A DNA stretch of 56,032 bases from contig CAZTQU010000001.1 in assembly GCA_964615735.1 (NCBI GenBank), positions 1 through 56,032 of the forward strand, in the 5' to 3' direction. This document shows, piece after piece, positions 9,330 to 19,128 of this stretch. Source of the DNA: an uncultured Candidatus Saccharibacteria bacterium. Lineage in GTDB: Bacteria; Patescibacteriota; Minisyncoccia; Minisyncoccales; UBA1441. Position numbers and translations under genes: made by a program. Each line of letters opens with the position of its first letter. Positions within the stretch are counted from its first letter, which is position 1. Below the pieces are notes generated by a model. The model saw only the letters and a list, made by a program, of their open reading frames with translations. It did no database searches and was not told where the DNA came from.

Positions 9330-10961
9330 TTATTCAGCCGATGATTCTTCCAAAAGGCTGATCTTTTCTACCGCCGGAGCCGAGTTGCTGATTCTCTCTT
9401 CCGTCCACTGGTCCTGCCCGGAAATAGAAGCGGCATCGATTAAAGACAGCTCCAAATCGGCTTCTCCTTGAGGAGTAAAAGAAAGCTGGAAAGCAACGGT
9501 TGCTTTTTGTTCTGGATCAAGTTGATTTATCTCCCAAACCAAGTCGCCGCTAGCCGTATTGTAATGCAGATTCTCTAATTCTTCCTCGGGAAAAACCTGA
9601 TAGTTAAACCAAATTCCTTTAGGAAGAGTGGTTTCTACTTTCGCTTCTTTAACCGGGTTGTAGAAATTATCCGCCTGCCAGAAAATAGTGTAGGTAGTCG
9701 TTTCTCCCACCCGGAAAGGGAAGGGCCCCTTGTCGTTGAAAAATTCGTCCTGGTGATAAGCTTTTTGAACCAGTTTCAGTTGAGTATTAATCTTCACCGG
9801 GAAAACCCGTTGGGTTTGCCCAATCTCTACCACATTGTAGATTTCCAGCGGTTGACTGGTGACCGCCCAGTCTTTCCTTAAATTTACCCAAAACTCCACT
9901 GATCCCTCTTCTTGTTTATCCAGAAAGCGAAGGCTGGAATTAGTTTTCCAATCCCAAAGGAGGGAATTATCCCCTGGCTGGTAAATCCCGTCTTTAGATC
10001 TAAGGGTTTCTAAATCAAACTGGGCTCCATTCAGCTTAGCCAATAAAAACTGCTTTTCCAAAGGATAATCGCTGACATTCCGAAAGAAAATTTGATAATG
10101 GAGAAGATCCCCCGGAGAAGCGGTATAGTCCAAACGATTGTTAATCTGCTGAGAAAGATAGACCGAAGCCTGAGCCGCTTTCACCGTCCGGATAATTTCT
10201 TTCAGCTGGACAAACTGGTCCTGAGTCCAAACTCCCAAGGAAGCTCGGAAAACTTCTGCCTCTCCGGTTTCCTGCATTATCTTCCCCTGAATTTTAATCT
10301 GCCCTCCTTGCCGATTGAGCAAAGTTGGTAAATTCCACCTCTCTTCTTCAATACTTTCCGGCTGGCTGGAAAGGAATTGGAAGCCAGTTGGCGCCTCCAA
10401 TCTAATAACCAGATTGGAGATTGGTTGATCAAAGTAGGAAGCGTAATTAATCAAAAACTCAAATTCTTCCTGGGGAGGGACAGAATCTGAGAGGTCAAAC
10501 TCAAAAGTAAGGGGAACATTGTTGATAGAAGTCGCTAACTGGGTCTCTGAATTATAGTAAGCTTCCAGCCCCTTCAGCCGATAGTTCACCTTGACTTGAG
10601 CTTGTTCTACTTCTTCCACCTGACCGAAAAGACGAGCCCGGAAAGTGAATACTTTTTCCTGCCCGGGATAAATAGTCTCGATTTCCTGCCGGAAGGTGGC
10701 TTCTGCCGGCTCCACTGGCTGAGAGTGGGGCGGAAAACTAAAGAGAAGTTCCGCCTGAACAATCGTTGCTTGTCCTTGGTTGCGGCAGCGCAAAGTATAT
10801 TCCATTTCTTGCCCCGCGGAAATAGAATCCGGGCCAAGAAGATTTAAAATCAAGTCTCCTTTTGAACTCTGGTTTCTTTGGTAATACCATAGGCCGGCTG
10901 ATCCCCCTGCCAGGAGAAGAAGAACAATAAAAGTAATAAGTAATTTATCAAATTGGCGCAT
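9330..10961 (-). CDS. Membrane-anchored extracellular protein with repeated DUF11/CARDB-like beta-sandwich segments
   Basis: An N-terminal TM helix (LITFIVLLLLAGG), then repeated segments such as ISAGQEMEYTLRCRNQG... and ASPGDLLHYQIFFRNVS.... Confidence 0.45.
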   Translation of the reverse strand: MRQFDKLLITFIVLLLLAGGSAGLWYYQRNQSSKGDLILNLLGPDSISAGQEMEYTLRCRNQGQATIVQAELLFSFPPHSQPVEPAEATFRQEIETIYPGQEKVFTFRARLFGQVEEVEQAQVKVNYRLKGLEAYYNSETQLATSINNVPLTFEFDLSDSVPPQEEFEFLINYASYFDQPISNLVIRLEAPTGFQFLSSQPESIEEERWNLPTLLNRQGGQIKIQGKIMQETGEAEVFRASLGVWTQDQFVQLKEIIRTVKAAQASVYLSQQINNRLDYTASPGDLLHYQIFFRNVSDYPLEKQFLLAKLNGAQFDLETLRSKDGIYQPGDNSLLWDWKTNSSLRFLDKQEEGSVEFWVNLRKDWAVTSQPLEIYNVVEIGQTQRVFPVKINTQLKLVQKAYHQDEFFNDKGPFPFRVGETTTYTIFWQADNFYNPVKEAKVETTLPKGIWFNYQVFPEEELENLHYNTASGDLVWEINQLDPEQKATVAFQLSFTPQGEADLELSLIDAASISGQDQWTEERISNSAPAVEKISLLEESSAE

Positions 10962-10998
10962 AAACTTTTTTTAAGGCTGAGGTTAAATTAGTCCTCTA

Positions 10999-11718
10999 TT
11001 ATAACGCAAAATTGGGAGCTTCACCATCTCTCCCCAAAGGGAGAAAATGGAGATAAAGCTGAGAAATTTCTTTTAAATTCTTTTCCTCGGCTGGAGAAAT
11101 CAGCTGCTGGTAAAAAGCTTCTTTTTCCTCCTGGAGAATAATCCGCAACAAAGACCGGGTCGAGGAGTCAACGAGGCGGGCGTCTTTCGGCGGCTCTTCT
11201 TGATCTGAAAACATCCCTTCGACGGGGGAAACAAAGATCCTGGGAGCAGAAGAAGAGAAAAGAATCTCCGGTTGATAGCCTAGGGTTTTAAAAAGCTGCC
11301 AAAGAAAATAGTAATAAGGGCGCTGAAAGCATTTCTCTGCTCGTCCCAAATCTTCCCAGCTTTCCTTGAGAAGGAAGAAGACCTCCTCTTCTTGAGCCGC
11401 TAGAGGAAGAGCAAAATCCACTAAGCGGCTTAGCCAGCTGGCAACCCGAAATTTCCGCCAGTCTTGGCGCAAAGCCGAAAAATCGTTGACTAAATCAACA
11501 TCGGTTAAGGTATTTCTTACCGCGGTGACAATAAAAGTCACCCGGGTGAAATAAAAGAGACCAATTCCTCTCCGCAGTTTGGAAAGGGTTTTTCTTTCCC
11601 CCTTGGCTAAGAGATTAAGCTTTCCCTGTTGCCGAGTCAAAACAGTGAAAATCCGGTCGGCTTCTCCCTTTTCTGTCTGAGATAAAACCAGGGCTTCATC
11701 TGCTTCCTTGACCCACAT
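10999..11718 (-). CDS. recO: DNA repair protein RecO
   Basis: The N-terminal OB-fold pattern ALVLSQTEKGEADRIFTVLTRQQGKLNLLAKGERK fits RecO. The start overlaps the ileS stop (TAATG). Confidence 0.75.
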   Translation of the reverse strand: MWVKEADEALVLSQTEKGEADRIFTVLTRQQGKLNLLAKGERKTLSKLRRGIGLFYFTRVTFIVTAVRNTLTDVDLVNDFSALRQDWRKFRVASWLSRLVDFALPLAAQEEEVFFLLKESWEDLGRAEKCFQRPYYYFLWQLFKTLGYQPEILFSSSAPRIFVSPVEGMFSDQEEPPKDARLVDSSTRSLLRIILQEEKEAFYQQLISPAEEKNLKEISQLYLHFLPLGRDGEAPNFAL

Positions 11719-14700
11719 TATTTTTCCTGATCAATGGCCAGCCAGAGAGTGCGACCGCCAATCTTTAATTCTTTCTGGGCAGCGTAAGTTTTCTTTCGGT
11801 CTCCTTTTTCTATTCTCGCCGCTCGGTTCTTTTCCAAGAAAACTGACTGCTGTTGAGAGATGGTATCTTCTAAAACCGACTCGGCCTGATAATAAATAGT
11901 TATTGTTTGGCTGGGCTTCAAATGAAGATCCTTCCGCATTACCTGGAGAGCGTGGCTGATTTCTCTTACCCAGCCTTCCTTTTGCAGAGAAGGAGTAATT
12001 TCTGTTTTTAAGCCCAGGGCAATTTGATTCTCTTGGCAGACAGTCCACCCTTCTTCCGTTTTCACTTCCTCCACCAAATTTACTTCTTTTACATTCAGCT
12101 CCTCTTGAATGAGAGCCAAAAGCTGGCGATCCAGTTGGGACTGGCCAGCGATTCTTAATTCCGCCAAGGGCTGTCTAACTTTTATCCCTTCAACCGCCCG
12201 GAGGCGCAGGCCAAGACTGACAATCATCCTTGTTTTTTTCATCTCCTCCTCCAACTGAGGAGAGATGAATTTCTCTTCCGCCTGGGGATAATCATTCAGG
12301 TGAACAGAAAGAGGATGTTCTCCTTTTTCTTCTTTCACCAAGCCCTGATAGATTCTTTCACTGATAAAGGGAGCAAAAGGAGCCAGCAGCAGGCTGAATC
12401 TTTGAAGAACATAGGCCAAAATTAAGGAGGCTTGTTCTTTCTCTGAAGAAAAGTCACTTTGGAGGCGAATCCGGGAACGGCGAATGTACCAATTAGAAAG
12501 ATCATCCACTAATTCTGCTAAAGCTTGGGCCGCTTCATCTAATTGATAGCTGGCCATTTTCTTTTCCACCCGCTGATTCACTTGGTGGAGACGGGAGACA
12601 ATCCAGCGATCAAGGATATTCTTCAACTCCGGCAAGGCCAGCTTTTGTTCCAGCTTATAGGTTTCGTAAAACTGATAAGAATGCCAAAGAGTAAGAATAA
12701 TCTTTCTCCAGGTCTGCTGGACATTTTCTTCCGAAACCAAATAATTATTGCCCAAAGAAGTGCTAGTGAGAAAGAAAAGCCGAAGAGCATCCGCCCCGTA
12801 CTTTTCAATCAAGGAAGAGGGGTCAGGAAAATTCTTTAGATGTTTGGAAAGTTTCTGCCCGGAAGAACTTAAGACCAAGCCGGGAACAACAACATTTCGA
12901 AAAGCTGGCTGGTCTTTTCCAAGGCCAATCTCTTTTTGGGTTAAGGCGGCGGCTAAAACATTCAAGGTGTAAAACCAGCCCCGGGTTTGGTCAACCGCCT
13001 CACAAATAAAATCAGCCGGGAAATTTTTCTCCGTCCATTCCTTGTTTTCAAAAGGATAATGATTCTGGGCATAGGGCATAGCCCCCGATTCAAACCAACA
13101 ATCAAAAACCGGCTCTATTCTCTTCATTTTTTCCCCTTTCTCGGAAAGGAAGTGCACCTCATCAATAAAAGGGCGGTGAAAGTCCAGTTCTCCTTGATCA
13201 TTATAGGGAAAGATCTTCATCTCCATTGACCGAAGCTCTCCGAGATGAAAAGACAAAGAGGGCCAGGCAGAAATTGCTTCCAGGGAAGTTAATCCCTGAT
13301 TAGCGGCCAAGAGAGCACGTAACGGCCCTTGATGGCTGACGAGGAGAATATTCTTTCCCTGATACTGTTTATCAATTTCTTGGAGAAAATAATAAATCCT
13401 CTTTTTTACTTCGTTCCCGGTTTCCCCTCCCGGAGGAGTTTTTGTCATTCTCTCTAATTTGCTCTGGAAGAAAGAACTGTAAGCAGAAACTGATTTTTCT
13501 TCAAAGACCCCGAATTTTCTTTCTTTTAATTCTTCCCGATAGACGGGTTTCAATCCCAGGGTCCGACCAACCACTTCGGCTGTTTCTTTAGTGCGCTGGA
13601 CCGGAGAGGCAAAAATTAAATCAATCTCATGTTTTTTTAATTCGGGGATAACTTTCTCCAAATCCTTCTTTCCCTGAGAGGTAAGAGAATATTTCCCTTC
13701 GGCCGCACTTAAGATACCAGCTTGATTGGTTTCCGCTTCCGGATGACGAAACAGCCAGTAATGATTAGAACTGAACTTCTGCTCCTTTAATTCTTGACGG
13801 GAGCCGATAACTTTCGTTTCCGAAGGAGAAACCCAAATTGGCAGAGGCGCTCCCCAATAACGGTTGCGGGAAATAGACCAATCCCGCACTTCTTCCAGCC
13901 AGCGGCCGAACCTCCCGTGCTTCAAATAAGCCGGGACCCAACGAATCTTCTCGTTATTGGCAAGAAGATTTTTCCGCAGTTTGGTAACCGCCACATACCA
14001 GCTGTTAAGAGGATAATAGATTAAGCGCTGCCCGCAGCGCCAGCAGAAAGGATAATTATGAGTAACTGTTTCTTTCCGCCAGAGAAAATTTCTCTTTTCC
14101 AAATCTTGAATGACGGCTTGATTCGCCTCCCAGACTTCCTGCCCTTCGCCCGGCAGATTTATTCCTTGCTTAACTCGTCCCTGCTCATCAACTGTTATCT
14201 TCACCGAAAGCTTATTTTTTTCTCCTAAAACCATATCCTCTTCCCCAAAAGCGGGAGCGAGGTGGACGATTCCTGTTCCTTCCGCGACCGAAACCCAGTC
14301 GGCGCCGAGAATTTGATAATCAGCCGCCCGACTTGGCTTCCCCTGATAAAGCGGCTGATATTTCTCCCCAAGTAAATCCCGGCCTTTTAATTCCGCCACT
14401 ACTTTATAATCTTCGTCTTTTAAAATTTCTAATCTTTCTTTGGCCAAAAGGAGAAAGCGGGAGCCAATTTTTACTTTTAAATATTTTCTCTCCGGCTGGA
14501 TAGCTAGGGCAGAATTAGCCGGAATCGTCCAGGGGGTAGTCGTCCAAACCAAGAAAAAAGTAGTTAGATCTTTTTTCAGCGGAAGGAGAAAATAGACAGC
14601 CGTATCTTGGATTTCCCGATAAGCCCCCGGTTGATTTAATTCAAAGTTGGAAAGAGGCGTTCCGCACCGGGGACAATAGGGAGCCACCCGATAATCTTGG

Positions 14701-15197
14701 TAGATTAATCCCTGCTGAAAGAGCTGTTTAAAAACCCACCAGACCGTTTCCATGTAAGAGTTTTCCAGAGTAGCATAATAGTTTTTATAATCTGCCCACC
14801 GGCCCAGTCGCTGGAGAACAGCTTCAAAAACATCCCGGTCTTGAAAAACAATTTCCCGGCAAGCTTGGTTGAATTTAGCCACCCCCATTTTCTCAATTTC
14901 GGGTTTCACTTTGATTCCCAGCTCATCTTCAGCCAGATTTTCTATTGGTAAACCGTGGCAATCCCAGCCAACCCGGCGGGGAAGATAATAACCCTTCATC
15001 GCCCAGTAACGGAGAACGGTGTCCTTGAGAGCAGAGGGCAGTAAATGTCCATAATGGGGACGGCCGGTGGCAAAGGGCGGACCATCGTAAAAGACGAAAG
15101 GTTTTCGGCCCTCTCTTTGTTCAACGCTTTTCTCAAAAATCTCATTCTTCCGCCAAAAATCTAAAATTTCTTTTTCTGCTTTAGAGATATCTTCCAT
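11718..15197 (-). CDS. ileS: Isoleucyl-tRNA synthetase (type 2) with an internal histidine-phosphatase domain insertion
   Basis: GRPHYGHLL (HIGH), WTTTPWT (editing domain), SRNRYWGAPLPIW, CWFESGAMPYAQ, DQTRGWFYTL and a KMSKS-equivalent QKLSKHL. The insert spans aa ~478-668 and carries RH...R...E...H phosphatase motifs. Confidence 0.95.
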   Translation of the reverse strand: MEDISKAEKEILDFWRKNEIFEKSVEQREGRKPFVFYDGPPFATGRPHYGHLLPSALKDTVLRYWAMKGYYLPRRVGWDCHGLPIENLAEDELGIKVKPEIEKMGVAKFNQACREIVFQDRDVFEAVLQRLGRWADYKNYYATLENSYMETVWWVFKQLFQQGLIYQDYRVAPYCPRCGTPLSNFELNQPGAYREIQDTAVYFLLPLKKDLTTFFLVWTTTPWTIPANSALAIQPERKYLKVKIGSRFLLLAKERLEILKDEDYKVVAELKGRDLLGEKYQPLYQGKPSRAADYQILGADWVSVAEGTGIVHLAPAFGEEDMVLGEKNKLSVKITVDEQGRVKQGINLPGEGQEVWEANQAVIQDLEKRNFLWRKETVTHNYPFCWRCGQRLIYYPLNSWYVAVTKLRKNLLANNEKIRWVPAYLKHGRFGRWLEEVRDWSISRNRYWGAPLPIWVSPSETKVIGSRQELKEQKFSSNHYWLFRHPEAETNQAGILSAAEGKYSLTSQGKKDLEKVIPELKKHEIDLIFASPVQRTKETAEVVGRTLGLKPVYREELKERKFGVFEEKSVSAYSSFFQSKLERMTKTPPGGETGNEVKKRIYYFLQEIDKQYQGKNILLVSHQGPLRALLAANQGLTSLEAISAWPSLSFHLGELRSMEMKIFPYNDQGELDFHRPFIDEVHFLSEKGEKMKRIEPVFDCWFESGAMPYAQNHYPFENKEWTEKNFPADFICEAVDQTRGWFYTLNVLAAALTQKEIGLGKDQPAFRNVVVPGLVLSSSGQKLSKHLKNFPDPSSLIEKYGADALRLFFLTSTSLGNNYLVSEENVQQTWRKIILTLWHSYQFYETYKLEQKLALPELKNILDRWIVSRLHQVNQRVEKKMASYQLDEAAQALAELVDDLSNWYIRRSRIRLQSDFSSEKEQASLILAYVLQRFSLLLAPFAPFISERIYQGLVKEEKGEHPLSVHLNDYPQAEEKFISPQLEEEMKKTRMIVSLGLRLRAVEGIKVRQPLAELRIAGQSQLDRQLLALIQEELNVKEVNLVEEVKTEEGWTVCQENQIALGLKTEITPSLQKEGWVREISHALQVMRKDLHLKPSQTITIYYQAESVLEDTISQQQSVFLEKNRAARIEKGDRKKTYAAQKELKIGGRTLWLAIDQEK

Positions 15198-15203
15198 AAT
15201 TCT

Positions 15204-16925
15204 TTACATCTTTTTGGGAAGAGAGACGCCAAGTAGGGAAAGGCAGTTCTTTAAAACTTGAACCGTCCCGGCTGTTAAAGCCAAACGAAAATCTCTTTTT
15301 TCCCGGGGAGCCCTTAAGATAGGCTGATGTTGATAAAATAAATTAAAAGCTTGTCCTAGCTCAGAAGCAAAATTAGCTACCAGGTTAGGGGAAAAACGAA
15401 GAGCGGCTTCCTGGACAATAACCGAAAACCGGGTTACCAACCGGAGAAGAATTTCCTCTTCCGGAGTCAGCTCTCTAAGAGAAAACTGCCTTTTCCGGCG
15501 ACCGGCTTTTCTTAGAACGCTCTCTCCCCGAACAACCGTATACTGAAGATAGGGGCCGGAGTTCCCTTCTAAGTTGAGAACCTCTTTCCAATTAAAGATT
15601 ATATCCTTTCCTGGATAATGAGACAAATCATAAAACTTCAGGGCTCCCGTTCCTACTTTTTCCGCCACCCTTTCTTTTTCCTTAGCCGTTAGTTGGTGGT
15701 TAACAACCGATTTTTCCATCAGCTCTTTAGCTCTCTCAATCGCTTTCCCTAGAACCTCTTCTAAATAAATCGTTTTTCCTTTCCGAGTAGAAAGTTTTCC
15801 TCCCGACCAGCGAACCAAACCATGGGCAACATGAACCATTTGCTCGCGGCGTCCATAACCTAACAATTCAGCCGCTAAAAAGAGCTGGCGAAAATATAAT
15901 TCCTGTTCTCGGCCAACCTCCCAAATTAATAGCTGGGGATGCCATCTTTCTTGGCGATATTTCGTCGCCGCCAAATCCCGACTAGCATAAGTGGTTGTTC
16001 CGTCAGACTTTTCCAATAGAAGAGGAGTCTTCATCCCGGGCAGATTAATAATCAGAGCTCCTTCACTTCTTTGCGCTAAACCTTTGTCTCTCGCCGTCTG
16101 AATAACAGCAGGAACTTGGGTTCGATAAAAACTTTCCCCTAATTGATTATCAATCTTTACCCCTAGAAGCCGGTAAATTCTTTGGAATTCTTTCTGGCTT
16201 AAACGGGAGCACCTCTTCCAGATAGCCAGGGCTTCTTTATCTCCCTGTTCTAGTTTCCGAAACCATTCTCTTGCCTCTTCAATCAAGGCCGGGTCTTTCT
16301 CCGCTTCCTGATGAAATTTCACGTAAAGTCTCTCCAGTTGATTAAGGTCTAATTGAGAAAAACCTGGTTCCCAACGACGGAGAGCAACAATAATTTTTCC
16401 GAACTGCGTCCCCCAGTCTCCTAAGTGATTAAGGCCGACGCATTTCCAGCCCAGAAACTGATAAAGGTTGTAAATCGCCTGGCCGATAATAGTCGAGCGA
16501 AGATGGCCGATGCCAAAGGGCTTGGCCATATTGGGAGAAGAATATTCAATAACCAGTCTTTTTTTCTCTTTTCTTCGGCCATACTTCCCTTTTTCTCGCA
16601 GAATCCGCCTCAAATTAGCTTCCAAGAAAGCGGGGGAGAGCCAAAAATTAATAAAACCTGGTCCAGCAACTTCAATCTTTGCCAGCCAGGAAGGCTGATC
16701 ACTCTTTAGGTCTTTGACTAAAGTGGAGGCAATCTCTTTTGGGGAACGCCGAAGAGAACGAGCCAAAATCAGAGCAACATTAGAAGCATAATCTCCATGT
16801 CGAAAATTATCGGCAAAAGAAATTTCTCCCGGAAAAGATTTCTCTCTTTCCCCGTTGAAAGTCTTCGTCCTCTCCAGAGAATCAGCCAGGAGTTTTTGAA
16901 TTTCTTCTTTAATCGTCTTCATCAT
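15204..16925 (-). CDS. argS: Arginyl-tRNA synthetase
   Basis: 573 aa with SSPNMAKPFGIGHLRSTIIG and a C-terminal anticodon-binding region ending ...LGVSLPKKM. Confidence 0.95.
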   Translation of the reverse strand: MMKTIKEEIQKLLADSLERTKTFNGEREKSFPGEISFADNFRHGDYASNVALILARSLRRSPKEIASTLVKDLKSDQPSWLAKIEVAGPGFINFWLSPAFLEANLRRILREKGKYGRRKEKKRLVIEYSSPNMAKPFGIGHLRSTIIGQAIYNLYQFLGWKCVGLNHLGDWGTQFGKIIVALRRWEPGFSQLDLNQLERLYVKFHQEAEKDPALIEEAREWFRKLEQGDKEALAIWKRCSRLSQKEFQRIYRLLGVKIDNQLGESFYRTQVPAVIQTARDKGLAQRSEGALIINLPGMKTPLLLEKSDGTTTYASRDLAATKYRQERWHPQLLIWEVGREQELYFRQLFLAAELLGYGRREQMVHVAHGLVRWSGGKLSTRKGKTIYLEEVLGKAIERAKELMEKSVVNHQLTAKEKERVAEKVGTGALKFYDLSHYPGKDIIFNWKEVLNLEGNSGPYLQYTVVRGESVLRKAGRRKRQFSLRELTPEEEILLRLVTRFSVIVQEAALRFSPNLVANFASELGQAFNLFYQHQPILRAPREKRDFRLALTAGTVQVLKNCLSLLGVSLPKKM

Positions 16926-16967
16926 TCTATTTTAAGAAAGCCCTAAGACTATGATACAATAAGAGGG

Positions 16968-17423
16968 ATGAAAATTCTAGCCAGCAATAAAAAAGCGGCT
17001 TTTGATTACGACATTCAAGAAACTCTAGAAGCGGGGATTGTCCTCACCGGACAAGAAGTAAAATCCGTCAAGAATGGCTGGGCCAGTCTTAAAGGAGCCT
17101 ATGTTGTTCCCCGTCTAAACGGAGAAGTACATCTCATCAATGCCTCCATTCCCCCTTATCAGCCGGCGAACGCCCCGCCCAATTATCAACCGGATCGCCC
17201 TCGGCAGCTTCTTCTCACCCGGAAAGAAATTAATTCTCTAAGCAGCCAAACAGAACAGGGGGGCTTGACCTTAGTACCTTTGAAGTTGTATACTAAAAAG
17301 GGTAGAATCAAAGTTGAGATTGCCCTCGCCCGGGGCAAGAAGAAATTTGATAAACGAGAAAAGATAAAAAGAAGAGAAATCGACCAGAGAATTAGACGGG
17401 CGCTTAAGATCTGGGGACGCTAG
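16968..17423 (+). CDS. smpB: SsrA-binding protein SmpB
   Basis: NKKAAFDY...LEAGIVLTG.EVKS...LKGAYV... and a basic C-terminal tail. Confidence 0.95.
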   Translation: MKILASNKKAAFDYDIQETLEAGIVLTGQEVKSVKNGWASLKGAYVVPRLNGEVHLINASIPPYQPANAPPNYQPDRPRQLLLTRKEINSLSSQTEQGGLTLVPLKLYTKKGRIKVEIALARGKKKFDKREKIKRREIDQRIRRALKIWGR

Positions 17424-17735
17424 GCTTCGATGGAAAGGGAAGGAAAGATCCTCCGGTCAAGGTTTAGATCCTTGTAAAACCTCTAAAATCAGAAAAGTGC
17501 CAACTTTTCAGCGGACCGTGAGCCCGCTCTCGCTTACGCTTAATAAAAGCCAGTAAGCATTCCCGCCGCTCATTCTCGATAGGCGGACCGGGGATTCAGA
17601 AATCGAGAAGTTCTTTCTTTTTTCGGTAATATCTATTTTCGTCTGATTCAAGGATATTACGTCACTAATCAGACTAGATCGGTAAACCGTCTTCCCCACC
17701 CTTTTCAGACGTGGGTTCAACTCCCGCCGTCTCCA
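17413..17735 (+). ncRNA. ssrA: tmRNA (SsrA); tag reading frame 17499-17540 encodes ANFSADREPALAYA, followed by TAA TAA
   Basis: The 5' GGGGACG pairs with the 3' CGTCTCC, including a G3:U70 wobble. There is a T-arm (GTGGG TTCAACT CCCGC) and a discriminator A, but CCA is not fully encoded. The resume codon is GCC and the tag ends -LAYA. The gene lies immediately after smpB. Confidence 0.9.
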
Positions 17736-17795
17736 CTAACTACAATCCTTGTCATTTTTGATGACTACACAATAATTCAAGCCAATGCAAAAACG

Positions 17796-17821
17796 AGCTT
17801 TAAAAAGGTGCGCTTAAAGCT
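17796..17821 (+). terminator. AT-rich hairpin downstream of ssrA (possible terminator)
   Basis: AGCTTTAA (17796-17803), a 10-nt loop, TTAAAGCT (17814-17821), then TGTTATGTGT. Confidence 0.3.
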
Positions 17822-17878
17822 TGTTATGTGTAATTGGCAAAAGGCAATTTTTATGTGCTTCATTTAAAATTTAACCAC

Positions 17879-18124
17879 ATGACAAAACAAAAATTAATTC
17901 ATGAAACCATTGGTTGGTATGGAACATGTGCCATAGTGATTGCTTATGCCTTAGTAAGCTTTAATCTTTTATCGACATCATCTTTCATTTACCAGATTAT
18001 GAATGGGACGGGCGCTCTGGGTATTGTCTATATCTCGTTCAAAAAGAAAGCCTACCAACCAGGAGTTTTAAATGTTATTTGGGCAATCATCGCTTTCATT
18101 GCAATCATCCGAATCTTAATGTAG
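17879..18124 (+). CDS. Small 3-TM membrane protein (CBU_0592-like/SemiSWEET-sized)
   Basis: 81 aa from ATG 17879: IGWYGTCAIVIAYALVSF...YQIMNGTGALGIVYISF...VLNVIWAIIAFIAIIRI. The region is low in GC. Confidence 0.5.
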   Translation: MTKQKLIHETIGWYGTCAIVIAYALVSFNLLSTSSFIYQIMNGTGALGIVYISFKKKAYQPGVLNVIWAIIAFIAIIRILM

Positions 18125-18221
18125 TCGCTTTTTACTTAATCTGTATGACCCGTTTACCTTTACCGCTTTCTTTCTTGCAAGCGGCAAGTGGTTTTGATAG
18201 CGCATCTAATCTACCTATTTT

Positions 18222-18716
18222 ATGGAGGAACAAAAACCATTAGAAATTATCAGGCAATTTGCTGAAAAACTACCTAAGTTTTCAGACGGGAGAATTAATT
18301 ATTCAAATTCCAATATCGCCCCTGTTATAACTATTTTTGTAAAATTCAAAAAGAAAATCCTTCTTTTGAAAAGAAGCACTAAAGTTAGAGCGTATCAAAA
18401 TAAATGGAATACGGTTGCCGGTTACCTAGACGAATTAAAGCCCATTTCTAAAAAAGCTCTCGAGGAAGTTAGAGAAGAATTGGGTATTGATAAAGATAAC
18501 ATTTCTATAATCTATTTTGGAAAATCCTATAAATTCACAGACAGCAAAATAAACAAGACCTGGATTATCTACCCGATCCTGATAGAGTTGAAAACGAAAC
18601 CCGAAATCAAATTAGATTGGGAACACACCGAATATAAATGGATTATGCCGGAAGAATTAAAACATTTTGATACTTTTCCCAAACTTGAAGAAAGCCTGAA
18701 AAGGGTGTTTGAATAA
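18222..18716 (+). CDS. NUDIX hydrolase
   Basis: Nudix box AGYLDELKPISKKALEEVREELGI (GX5EX7REUXEEXGU). Confidence 0.8.
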   Translation: MEEQKPLEIIRQFAEKLPKFSDGRINYSNSNIAPVITIFVKFKKKILLLKRSTKVRAYQNKWNTVAGYLDELKPISKKALEEVREELGIDKDNISIIYFGKSYKFTDSKINKTWIIYPILIELKTKPEIKLDWEHTEYKWIMPEELKHFDTFPKLEESLKRVFE

Positions 18717-18828
18717 CTTTTGAATAGCTATTTTCGCTCAAAATTTATATAACTTATAATTTGACGAAATATTATGACAGATGAATTAATTGATATTTAT
18801 GACGAAAATAATAATATTAACAATCAAT

Positions 18829-19128
18829 ATGAATAAAGCTAAATTAAATTATCTTGTTGATGCTTCGATAGCGGTTTTGTTTACCGTTGTGTCAATAACA
18901 GGATTAATCCTTTTTTTCTTTTTGCCTAGTGGCTTAAAACAGGGAGGATCTCGAGAAGTCTTAGGCATCGCCAAGCAAGTTTGGACTCAGATTCATGATT
19001 GGTCAGGAATCATTTTAGTAGCTTTTATATCAGCACATTTTATTCTTCATTGGCAATGGATAGTCTATGCGACTAAAAATACATTCCAGAAAAAACAAAT
19101 TTACTCAGAGATTAAAAACAATAAATAG
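18829..19128 (+). CDS. DUF4405-like small membrane protein
   Basis: MNKAKLNYLVDASIAVLF...IHDWSGIILVAFISAHFILHWQWI shows the conserved His pattern of the family. I chose the internal ATG as start; the track's TTG at 18790 is an alternative. Confidence 0.6.
   Translation: MNKAKLNYLVDASIAVLFTVVSITGLILFFFLPSGLKQGGSREVLGIAKQVWTQIHDWSGIILVAFISAHFILHWQWIVYATKNTFQKKQIYSEIKNNK

Noticed and set aside
17508-17720. A 70-aa minus-strand ORF.
   Set aside because: It lies entirely inside the tmRNA gene on the opposite strand and has no translation signals.
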